DNA of 64,000 bases, taken from NCBI GenBank assembly GCA_030747785.1, contig JASLKC010000014.1:35873-99872 (forward strand), given 5' to 3'. This DNA comes from Candidatus Poseidoniaceae archaeon (lineage in GTDB: Archaea; Thermoplasmatota; Poseidoniia; Poseidoniales; Poseidoniaceae). Shown in pieces: positions 56,111 to 64,000 of this stretch (the stretch's first letter is position 1; every line of letters begins with the position of its first letter). The position numbers and the translations under genes are program-made. Under the pieces are notes generated by a model, which was not told where the DNA came from, ran no database searches, and saw only the letters and a list, made by a program, of their open reading frames with translations.

Positions 56111-57490
56111 ATGTCTGGAAAGGAATACCGCACCATCACTGATGTCAAGGGACCACTGGTCTTCTTGAATAAGACTGAACCAGTTGCTTTTGGAGAAATT
56201 GTCCAATTGCGCCTAAACAATGGTACAACAAAGAATGGACAAGTTCTCGATACCTCTGACGAATTAGTTGTCGTTCAGGTTTTCGAAGGAACAGCAGGAG
56301 TTGACCTCAACACCGGTGTCAAATTCATGGGAGATGTGTTCAAGCTCCCCGTCAGCGACGACCTAATCGGTCGTATTCTCGACGGAGCAGGACGCCCTCG
56401 TGACGGTGGCCCCGATATTGTGGCAGAGGAGAACGCAGACATCATTGGTGCTGCAATTAACCCATACTCCCGTCGAAGCCCACACGATTTCATTCAGACT
56501 GGAATCAGTGCTATCGATTGTTGTACTACCCTTGTGCGTGGACAGAAGCTACCTATTTTCAGCGCATCTGGTCTACCTCACAATGACATCGCTCTACAGA
56601 TTGCACGACAAGCCAAACTTACAGGCTCCGATGAGGAGTTCATTGTCGTATTCTGTGCAATGGGAATCACCGCAGAGGAATTCAATTTCTTCCGTAGTGA
56701 TCTCGAGCGCACTGGCGCACTTGAGAACGCTGTACTATTCGTCAATCTAGCAGACGACCCAGCGGTTGAGCGAATCATTACCCCACGTCTTGCACTAACC
56801 GCTGCAGAGTATCTTGCATTCGAGAAGGACTACCACGTTCTGGTTATCTATACTGACATGACCAACTATTGCGATGCACTTCGTCAAATCGGTGCTGCAC
56901 GTGAGGAAGTACCCGGACGCCGTGGTTACCCTGGATACATGTACACTGACCTAGCAATGCTCTACGAGCGTGCTGGAATTGTCAAGAACAAGAAGGGAAG
57001 CATTACCCAATTCCCAATTCTAACCATGCCGGGTGACGATATCACTCACCCGATTCCAGACTTATCTGGATACATCACTGAAGGCCAGATTGTTATCTCT
57101 CGTGAACTTCACCAGCAAGGAATTTATCCGCCGATCAACGTTCTCCCATCGCTATCTCGTTTGATGGGTTCATGTATTGGTGAGAAAACAACTCGTGAAG
57201 ACCACAAGTCGGTTTCTGACCAGATGTATGCTGCATATGCACAGGGCCGTGAGCTCCGTGGATTGGTCGCAATTGTTGGTGAGGATGCATTGAATGAGCG
57301 TGACAAGCAATTGCTTGACTTCTCTGGTGTATTCGAAGACAAATTCTTGCGCCAGTCTCGAGATGAGGACCGCACAATCGCTGAAACTCTTGACCTATGT
57401 TGGACTCTATTAAGTCAAATTGATACCAAGTACCTCGTTCGTCTCGACCAGAAGTGGATTGAGAAGTACCACCCTGATAACAGGGCGTGA
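56111..57490 (+). CDS. atpB: A-type ATP synthase regulatory subunit B
   Basis: High-identity A/V-type B subunit motifs ([26 protein letters not shown] ... [15 protein letters not shown]). Confidence 0.95.
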   Translation: MSGKEYRTITDVKGPLVFLNKTEPVAFGEIVQLRLNNGTTKNGQVLDTSDELVVVQVFEGTAGVDLNTGVKFMGDVFKLPVSDDLIGRILDGAGRPRDGGPDIVAEENADIIGAAINPYSRRSPHDFIQTGISAIDCCTTLVRGQKLPIFSASGLPHNDIALQIARQAKLTGSDEEFIVVFCAMGITAEEFNFFRSDLERTGALENAVLFVNLADDPAVERIITPRLALTAAEYLAFEKDYHVLVIYTDMTNYCDALRQIGAAREEVPGRRGYPGYMYTDLAMLYERAGIVKNKKGSITQFPILTMPGDDITHPIPDLSGYITEGQIVISRELHQQGIYPPINVLPSLSRLMGSCIGEKTTREDHKSVSDQMYAAYAQGRELRGLVAIVGEDALNERDKQLLDFSGVFEDKFLRQSRDEDRTIAETLDLCWTLLSQIDTKYLVRLDQKWIEKYHPDNRA

Positions 57491-57529
57491 ACGGTATTAC
57501 GCTGATGAAGAAAATGGAGGTGAAATCGT

Positions 57530-58147
57530 ATGGCACTGGACATTAAACCAACCCGTAGCGAATTAATCAACCTCAAACGTCGTATCAAGCAGACCAAGAA
57601 TGGTTACAAGTTGCTGAAGATGAAGCGTGACGGACTCTTCCATGAATTTCGTGGCCTTCTTTCAGACATGATCGCCGCTAAGAAGGACCTAACCGCCGCA
57701 TATCGATTGGCAAAAGGCCGCATCGATTTGGCTAATGCTATTGAGGGTGGACTAAAGGTCCGTTCTGCAGCAATTGCTAATTCAGCATCCCCTGAGGTCG
57801 AAGTAGAACGACGCAACATTATGGGCGTAGTTGTACCATCGATTTCAGGAACCAATCTCAAGCAGGCATTTGGTGAGCGCAGCATTGGATTCACAGGCTC
57901 TTCACCATATATCGATGAAGCAGCTGATTCCTTTGGAGAACTTATCGAGAAGATGGTCAAAGCAGCAGAGATGGAAGCTACATTGAAGCGCCTACTTGCA
58001 GAAATTGAAGCGACAAAGCGCCGTGTAAATGCTCTTGAATTCAAGGTTATTCCTGAACTAGAAGAGGCACAGGTCTTCATTCAACTCCGTCTTGAAGAGA
58101 TGGAGCGTGAGGAGACTTTCCGTCTCAAGCGTTTCAAGAATAAGTGA
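57530..58147 (+). CDS. atpD: A-type ATP synthase subunit D (central stalk)
   Basis: MALDIKPTRSELINLKRRIK ... coiled-coil, ~205 aa, last gene of the operon. Confidence 0.9.
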   Translation: MALDIKPTRSELINLKRRIKQTKNGYKLLKMKRDGLFHEFRGLLSDMIAAKKDLTAAYRLAKGRIDLANAIEGGLKVRSAAIANSASPEVEVERRNIMGVVVPSISGTNLKQAFGERSIGFTGSSPYIDEAADSFGELIEKMVKAAEMEATLKRLLAEIEATKRRVNALEFKVIPELEEAQVFIQLRLEEMEREETFRLKRFKNK

Positions 58148-58164
58148 TGTACCCACAATATTGA

Positions 58165-58183
58165 CAATCCCCAGAGGGGATTG
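58165..58183 (+). terminator. Perfect hairpin CAATCCCC-AGA-GGGGATTG immediately downstream of atpD (candidate operon terminator or processing structure)
   Basis: Seen directly: an 8-bp stem and 3-nt loop, 18 nt after the atpD stop. No long T-run follows. Confidence 0.35.
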
Positions 58184-58231
58184 ATTCATTGAGGTGTATT
58201 GTAACCCGAAACATGTAGGGGTGAAGTAGCC

Positions 58232-60631
58232 ATGAGCGATGAGGAGCCGATACCCGTCCATTCTGAGATATGGAATCAACGGAAACTCATCGAAAGAATT
58301 CTTTCACGTCATGTCTATGTTCTCTCAGATGTAGGTGGTTATTGGCCATCATTCATTGTTCAAGAAAAGGAAGATAGCGATATTCATGATGCTGTTGCGA
58401 ATCTCAATCAACATATTACGAAATTGGATTGGGCTGCTCGCCTACATCCAGATGAGCCATGGTTAATCGAAGTCCTACCTTCACCCACCCGCCAATTCCC
58501 ATCGTATTCAGTACCGATTGTAATGTGGATTCTTGCAATTTTCACTACTTTGTATGCTGGTGAGAATTGGATTTCAAATGGTCGACCAGAAGGTGGTTGG
58601 TTCTTCAATCATCAAACACTAGATGCCCTAGTTGGTTACACAATTCCAATTTTGGGAGCAATCATTATCGCTTCCTTTGTGCAGCGAAATGTTGCATCAA
58701 AATACGGAGTACATATGCCTCATTTATTCCCACTCTTTGGGCCAACAGCCTTGTGGTGGCCCTTCGGACTAATCGGTTTCTCCTCGATGCCTCGTAGTGA
58801 TGCAAGATTGTGGCCCGACCGTTCAAGTATGGGAAATACAGCCCTTTCAGCGCCGCTAGCATTCATCATCATTGGCTTATTACTCATTTTTGTCGGCATT
58901 GAATTGACCCCACTAGATGTAGCATTAACCGCTGCACCATTAGGGCTTGATCTTCCTCTGTTACCCAACCTCCTCAGCCTAGCAATGAATGGGGAGACTG
59001 AGATGATTCTCAAGAGTGCATGGGCTCATCCCTTCACATTTGCAGGTTCGACGCTGATGTTCATGGGGTGGATTGCTCTATTACCAATCCCAACAATGCC
59101 AGGAGGCCGCATCATTATTGCCAGAATGGGTATAGCTGAAGCGAGAACGGGTGCTACTCAGATAATGCTCATAATGATGGTAATGCTCTTTGGATTCCTA
59201 TTCGGAGCATTCAATGGATGGACGATTTGGTCCTTGCCAGTCGCTCTTCTATTCGCATTGCTAGTACACCGAGGAGGAGACCCACGCGCCCCCGTTTTAC
59301 TCGATGACATGAAAGGTCTTCCAGATGAAGACCATCGAAGAATAGGCATGCTTCTTTTCCTCGCATTCATGTTTGCATTACCAGGGCATACACCGTTTAT
59401 GGTGCTAGATGATTGGGATGATTCACTGGAATATTCTGTAAGCCACGAAGATATTGTTATCGATGAGTTCGGTTGGGCGAATCAATCGATTCGAATCGAC
59501 AATCCTTCATTGATAGAGCAAAGTTGGTCTCTTGCTGATGTTGCTCCTACTAATTGGGAAACGCTGTATTTATGTCCCCCTCTTGAAAATCCTGACGATG
59601 AACCAATCGAGACCTGTAGCGGTATTATTGGTCCAAAGGATTTTGTTAAAATCGAATTACAGATGAATTGGCAAGGTGAAAATACTCCAACTCGTGAGGA
59701 TTTCATCGTTGAGTACGATGGAGGCGAATTATCCTATACTGCATCTCCAGAACAAATGGTATTCCCGGCGACTTCAACAATGAATTGGACCGGTAGCCTA
59801 GAGGATCCTCAGGCGTGTTTTGATTTGGTTTGGAATGGTGCGGAAGAATCGAACCTCTCAGTTTTGAGTACTATTCCGTCTGAGTTATTGAATTTCGAAG
59901 GCAGTTCAAATAGCACGATTAGCGTAACAGATGAAGTGAGTGAAATTTGTGTAAAGGGCCGTAGTGGAATGTTGGATTTAGCAGAAGGAGTTTCAATCGA
60001 TGGAGTCGAGTATGAAATGACGATTACATCAACCAATTATGTACCATTACACATGCCTAATGGTGAGATGACAATCGATCCAAATCACTTAGGCTGGACA
60101 GGTTCATTTGCCTTAGGTGGAGAACTAAGAATGCAATCTAGTGGTCCTTGTGAGGAAGTGATTACATCTAGCGTCCCAAACATCCCTGAAGAGGGAGATT
60201 GGATTTGGGACCTATCGGTATTAACCGTGGGAGTAATTCCAGTTGTTGAATCGCAAAATCTCACCTTGAAAGCTAATGTTGGTGATGTTATTCTGCACTG
60301 TCTGGAAGATGGAAGTCATACTGAATATGTGGTTATAGATGCTCCAAATTTGATACTGGAAATCGGGGAAAATAATTTCATGCAATGGCAAGGAAATTCG
60401 ATAAATTCCTCCGACCAATTCCGTTTATACAATCCAACTTCTTCAAACATTAGTATAGTGGTAGATCACCATGGAAATGGCCCACAATGGAACGTTTCTA
60501 CTAATCTGCTCCTATCACCAAGTGAGTGGACCAGTATCTCAATTTCGCCACAAGGAGGCGATTTTACAATGGCTTGGCTAGAGCACAGTGATTGGATAGT
60601 CGAATTACACCTTGCAAGTCATGAGGTGTGA
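58232..60631 (+). CDS. site-2-protease (peptidase M50) homolog with substituted zinc-ligand motifs, fused to a large C-terminal extracytoplasmic domain
   Basis: The TM-domain architecture parallels S2P/RseP/SpoIVFB. The HExxH position reads FVQRNVASKYGV (compare LHELGHALAARRYGV). The LDG position reads ALLPIPTMPGGRII (compare NLLPIPPLDGGRI). This gives a ~400-aa polytopic N-terminus plus ~400-aa soluble C-terminus. Confidence 0.6.
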   Translation: MSDEEPIPVHSEIWNQRKLIERILSRHVYVLSDVGGYWPSFIVQEKEDSDIHDAVANLNQHITKLDWAARLHPDEPWLIEVLPSPTRQFPSYSVPIVMWILAIFTTLYAGENWISNGRPEGGWFFNHQTLDALVGYTIPILGAIIIASFVQRNVASKYGVHMPHLFPLFGPTALWWPFGLIGFSSMPRSDARLWPDRSSMGNTALSAPLAFIIIGLLLIFVGIELTPLDVALTAAPLGLDLPLLPNLLSLAMNGETEMILKSAWAHPFTFAGSTLMFMGWIALLPIPTMPGGRIIIARMGIAEARTGATQIMLIMMVMLFGFLFGAFNGWTIWSLPVALLFALLVHRGGDPRAPVLLDDMKGLPDEDHRRIGMLLFLAFMFALPGHTPFMVLDDWDDSLEYSVSHEDIVIDEFGWANQSIRIDNPSLIEQSWSLADVAPTNWETLYLCPPLENPDDEPIETCSGIIGPKDFVKIELQMNWQGENTPTREDFIVEYDGGELSYTASPEQMVFPATSTMNWTGSLEDPQACFDLVWNGAEESNLSVLSTIPSELLNFEGSSNSTISVTDEVSEICVKGRSGMLDLAEGVSIDGVEYEMTITSTNYVPLHMPNGEMTIDPNHLGWTGSFALGGELRMQSSGPCEEVITSSVPNIPEEGDWIWDLSVLTVGVIPVVESQNLTLKANVGDVILHCLEDGSHTEYVVIDAPNLILEIGENNFMQWQGNSINSSDQFRLYNPTSSNISIVVDHHGNGPQWNVSTNLLLSPSEWTSISISPQGGDFTMAWLEHSDWIVELHLASHEV

Positions 60632-61527
60632 GGATGAGAATCGGTGTACTGGGTGCAGGAGCCATAGGGGGCTTAATTGCAGCCAAATTGGTGCAAGCAG
60701 GCAAGGAGGTTCTCGTTCATGCCAAAGGGGAGCATGGTGCTCTTCTAGCAATTAGTGGTCTTGGGATTACAGGTAAATGGGATTTCAGAATCGATGGTAG
60801 TAGTTGGCTTGTTACTTTAGAAGATGCAGGCCTTCATCCTGAGTTAGAAGGATGCTGCGACTTTGCCATTATCACCTGTAAGGCAAAAGATACTACGCGT
60901 CTTGCTGAAGTTGCCCGATTTATTTGCACAGGCCCGGTTCTTTCTCTTCAAAATGGTCTAGGGAATGTCGAAATTTTACAGGAGATATTGGGTCCACATA
61001 GAGTAGCTGGTGGCGTTACCACAAATGCGGTATTCAGGCCTAAGGCTGGAGAGATTAACTGGGTGGCCAAAGGCGAATTATTGATCGGCGGACGTTGTTC
61101 AGGCGACTTTGTCAAGATACTATCATGCCTCGACGCCGAAGAAGTTACTGATTTGGATGCTATTTTGTGGCAAAAACTGTTGCTAAATGTTGCAATAAAC
61201 CCTATTGCAGCAATTTGTGGAGTCACAAATGGGGCATTGCTTAGCGAAGAGATGTTCAATCAATCTGAAGCAACCATGCTTGAAGCAGCAAGTGTAGCGC
61301 GAATGGAAGGAGTATCAATCCCCAGTAATGAGGAATTAGTCGACCGTTTGAGGTCTGTGCTTGAATCAACTTCAGAAAATCTCTGTTCGATGCTTCAAGA
61401 TGTAAAAGAAGGCCGAGAGACCGAGATCGATATGATGTGTGGAGAAGTTGTACGCCGTGGTGAAAGAAGTGGAGTCTCAACTCCATTAAACGCAATGCTG
61501 ACAAGCCAAATAAAAGCACTCAGATGA
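60628..61527 (+). CDS. panE: 2-dehydropantoate 2-reductase (ketopantoate reductase, ApbA/PanE family)
   Basis: N-terminal Rossmann motif MRIGVLGAGAIGGLIAAKL and the C-terminal ApbA_C domain. Confidence 0.8.
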   Translation: MRMRIGVLGAGAIGGLIAAKLVQAGKEVLVHAKGEHGALLAISGLGITGKWDFRIDGSSWLVTLEDAGLHPELEGCCDFAIITCKAKDTTRLAEVARFICTGPVLSLQNGLGNVEILQEILGPHRVAGGVTTNAVFRPKAGEINWVAKGELLIGGRCSGDFVKILSCLDAEEVTDLDAILWQKLLLNVAINPIAAICGVTNGALLSEEMFNQSEATMLEAASVARMEGVSIPSNEELVDRLRSVLESTSENLCSMLQDVKEGRETEIDMMCGEVVRRGERSGVSTPLNAMLTSQIKALR

Positions 61528-63112
61528 GATCAGTATTGTAGTGCAACCCTGCGTTTTCCTTTCGGGAAAGTGCATCTTCAGTAATCAATGTGGCAACCAA
61601 TACAAGATTGCGTAACTCAATCAAATCTCTCGTAGGGAGGCTTCTTCTCCAAATGATGTCAACTTCCTTTGAAAGTAAAGTGAGCATTCGCCGTGCTCTT
61701 TCGAGTCTTGAGAAACGGCGAACAATCCCCACATCATCAGTCATCGTCTTCCGCAGGGTCTCAAGATCCCTTACCAATGGTGCGTGTTCCTCGAGATGTG
61801 GCAAGCCTTCAGCACGCCATTCGGGTACCTCTTCAATCAAATTAATTGGATTTACAATCATGTGATCAGCAGCCCTATTTGCGAATACTACCGCTTCTAG
61901 AAGGCTGTTAGAAGCAAGACGATTTGCACCATGCATTCCGGTGCAAGCCACTTCTCCGATTCCGTATAGCCCAGGAATTATAGTACCATCATCCATCAGC
62001 ACTCTTGCATCGATATCAACCGATAATCCCCCTACCATGTAGTGGGCTGCAGGTGCTACAGGCAGAGGGTCTCGTCCAAGTGAAAGTCCTGCAATATTCA
62101 ACCTACTCTCGATAGTTGGGAAATGATTTTTCAATAACTTTTCATCGAGATGGTCAGTGATTAACCACACATGATCGAATCCACTTCGCTTCATTACACG
62201 GTCACATGCACGGGCGACAACATCTCTTGTTGCGAGCGATCCCTGAGGTGAGGAATCTAGTGTAAAAGAATATACTTCTGGCTCTTTATCGCCCGCTCTA
62301 TATTTTTCTAATCCCTTGTGGTCAAGGAGGACTCCACCCTCGCCTCTGAGTGCTTCCGTGATGAGAAATGGCCTATCGCCTTGTAACATCAATGCGGTAG
62401 GATGGAATTGAACGAACGCCATATCTCTTGCAATTGCTCCGGCTCTAACAGCCATTGCTAAGCCATCTCCAGAAGCGACAGGAGGATTGGTTGTCCTCTC
62501 CCACAATCTTCCGGTTCCGCCGGTGGCAATCATGATTGCATCTGCAGGAATAGCATCCATTCTACCAGAGTCCAAATCGAGACACCAAATCCCCTTTACT
62601 CCTTGTGAAGGGTCTCCATGTACTCTTTGAATTAAATCGACTCCAAGGGTATGAGGTCTGACTTCGATATTAGGGTGTTCAGCTACGGCTTCGGTAAGTG
62701 CTCTCTCAATTTCTGCACCCGTTGCATCCTTTGCATGCAATATCCTTCGAGCCGAGTGCCCTCCTTCTTTGACGAGATGGAATCCATCATCATCTTCTTC
62801 GAATTTCACTCCAATCGAGAGTAGATCACGAATCCTATCACCCGCTTCAGTAACGACCATGCGTACAATCTCCTCATCACACAAACCATCACCGCTAGCC
62901 AATGTATCGGCAATATGTGCCTCCATCGCTTCACCATCTGTGCGATCTAGAATGCCAGCAATGCCCCCTTGAGCCCAATTTGTGGAACTATCCTTTGGTC
63001 GCTGCTTGGTCACAACTAGAATCTCGTTATTCTCATCTGCGAGACGCAAACTAGCGAACAGACCAGCAATACCGCTGCCGATAATGACGATACGTGACAT
63101 GGGACGCAACAC
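61520..63112 (-). CDS. nadB: L-aspartate oxidase (fumarate reductase/succinate dehydrogenase flavoprotein family)
   Basis: FAD-binding motif IVIIGSGIAGLFASLRL, AQGGIAG, a fumarate-reductase-like active-site region, and ~530 aa (NadB size rather than SdhA). Confidence 0.8.
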   Translation of the reverse strand: MLRPMSRIVIIGSGIAGLFASLRLADENNEILVVTKQRPKDSSTNWAQGGIAGILDRTDGEAMEAHIADTLASGDGLCDEEIVRMVVTEAGDRIRDLLSIGVKFEEDDDGFHLVKEGGHSARRILHAKDATGAEIERALTEAVAEHPNIEVRPHTLGVDLIQRVHGDPSQGVKGIWCLDLDSGRMDAIPADAIMIATGGTGRLWERTTNPPVASGDGLAMAVRAGAIARDMAFVQFHPTALMLQGDRPFLITEALRGEGGVLLDHKGLEKYRAGDKEPEVYSFTLDSSPQGSLATRDVVARACDRVMKRSGFDHVWLITDHLDEKLLKNHFPTIESRLNIAGLSLGRDPLPVAPAAHYMVGGLSVDIDARVLMDDGTIIPGLYGIGEVACTGMHGANRLASNSLLEAVVFANRAADHMIVNPINLIEEVPEWRAEGLPHLEEHAPLVRDLETLRKTMTDDVGIVRRFSRLERARRMLTLLSKEVDIIWRRSLPTRDLIELRNLVLVATLITEDALSRKENAGLHYNTDLI

Positions 63113-63169
63113 CTCCTGTGGCTGGATGCATTCAAAGATGCCCCCATTTCATGCGAAACGAAGAAGGGC

Positions 63170-63994
63170 GTGTTGTGTCACACAGGGGTTATGGGGGGCT
63201 TCAAGAAGCTATCAGGTATCATCGGCCTCATGATGATATGTGTCGCTGTCGCCAATGTAGAATTAGGAGCACTAATGCCTCTTGAGCCTCCACATAAGTT
63301 GATACTTGCAAACATGGCACAACCAGGTTGTAGCAGTGGAGATATCCAAACAGATTTAGATTCTGGTTCTGTAAATACATGCGTTTCCACTCTCGGAGTG
63401 TGGGATGCAGCTGATATGTTGCTGATATTAGAAGGCTCAATTCTATTCTTCGCCTCATTTGTCCGTTGGCCGCGTCGGGGTCGATGGGCTAAGAGAATTC
63501 GTAGAATTGCATTGGTTGGTGGCATTCTATTGTGTGGTCTAGCAATCGCCGATGCAACCGATTCGCTTCCAGGGCCAGATGTAGGAGACCTCGCTGCTCT
63601 ACTACCCTTCCCTGCGCCTGCAATCGCAGTGCAAATTGGAGTATTTATGTTAGGAATTTTCTTAATCAGAGGCCCTAAGTACATCTACGATGATCCCGAA
63701 AAGGGCAAAACTACTGCATCTCAAGAACGAACTGAGAAATTACATTCTGATATGGATAAGGCATTCAAATCCGGTGGCACGCTGAAGGGATTCAATTCCG
63801 ACCGCCAAATGAAGAAAGGAATGAGGCGGTATACGACGGTGAAAGATTTGTGGACGCACCAGGAATTATCACACCATGAAGATGCCTTTGAAAGCGGAAT
63901 GAGAGATGTAGCCTCCTACTCACTTGGTAGAACTTGCCACCTTTGCAATGGAGCAGGATGTGCCCATTGTTCGAATACTGGTTCACTACAATGA
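63170..63994 (+). CDS. membrane protein with a C-terminal DnaJ-type CxxCxGxG zinc-finger-like motif
   Basis: Several hydrophobic segments and a C-terminal TCHLCNGAGCAHCSNTG (CxxCxGxG-CxxC). The true start may be internal. Confidence 0.45.
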   Translation: MLCHTGVMGGFKKLSGIIGLMMICVAVANVELGALMPLEPPHKLILANMAQPGCSSGDIQTDLDSGSVNTCVSTLGVWDAADMLLILEGSILFFASFVRWPRRGRWAKRIRRIALVGGILLCGLAIADATDSLPGPDVGDLAALLPFPAPAIAVQIGVFMLGIFLIRGPKYIYDDPEKGKTTASQERTEKLHSDMDKAFKSGGTLKGFNSDRQMKKGMRRYTTVKDLWTHQELSHHEDAFESGMRDVASYSLGRTCHLCNGAGCAHCSNTGSLQ

Positions 63995-64000
63995 ATCGTC

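Noticed and set aside
1-64000. Possibility that the window is bacterial (many bacterial-type enzymes: orn, ACAD, PlsC-like, MacB, TDO)
   Set aside because: An A-type ATP synthase operon in archaeal order, RpoK, PurP, DHQS-II/ADH synthase/GHMP shikimate kinase, and an HTH_10 regulator together indicate an archaeal host. The bacterial-type genes are better explained as horizontally acquired.

Overview
This window reads as an archaeal chromosomal segment with a large accessory/surface component. The archaeal call rests on a complete A1A0 (A-type) ATP synthase operon in the canonical order atpH-I-K-E-C-F-A-B-D, RNA polymerase subunit K (Rpb6), the archaea-specific purine enzyme PurP, and the archaeal DKFP-type shikimate pathway (ADH synthase, dehydroquinate synthase II, GHMP-type shikimate kinase). 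Several features fit a marine Thermoplasmatota (MGII/III-like) genome, but this is inference only: many bacterial-like genes (oligoribonuclease, acyl-CoA dehydrogenase, a PlsC-like acyltransferase, tryptophan 2,3-dioxygenase), acidic proteomes, and giant secreted or membrane proteins. Recognisable gene sets are: a molybdopterin hydroxylase module (mocA, xdhC ... coxS-coxL-coxM) interrupted by about 9.5 kb carrying two subtilisin-like S8 proteases that flank a 1365-aa polytopic membrane protein; a MoxR/DUF58 (Bat-like) cluster; an aspartokinase plus shikimate pathway gene block with an HTH regulator; a MacB-type ABC exporter; the heme A/O synthases ctaA-ctaB followed by tRNA-Ser(GCU); panE; and nadB. 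The candidates I consider most likely to be new or under-described are: (1) a cassette of one intact KaiC/RecA-like ATPase followed by two KaiC-like paralogs with destroyed Walker A motifs, lying downstream of a lamin-tail-domain secreted protein and divergent from a 1008-aa surface protein; (2) an S2P/M50 intramembrane-protease homolog whose zinc-ligand motifs (HExxH and LDG) are replaced (QRNVA, MPGG) and which is fused to a ~400-aa extracytoplasmic domain; (3) the S8 protease plus giant membrane protein pair; (4) a TM / E-R-K-rich single alpha-helix / DUF2135-like domain protein. No CRISPR array, rRNA or obvious transposase was found. All calls come from motif recognition in the supplied translations and the raw sequence. 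No database searches were run.
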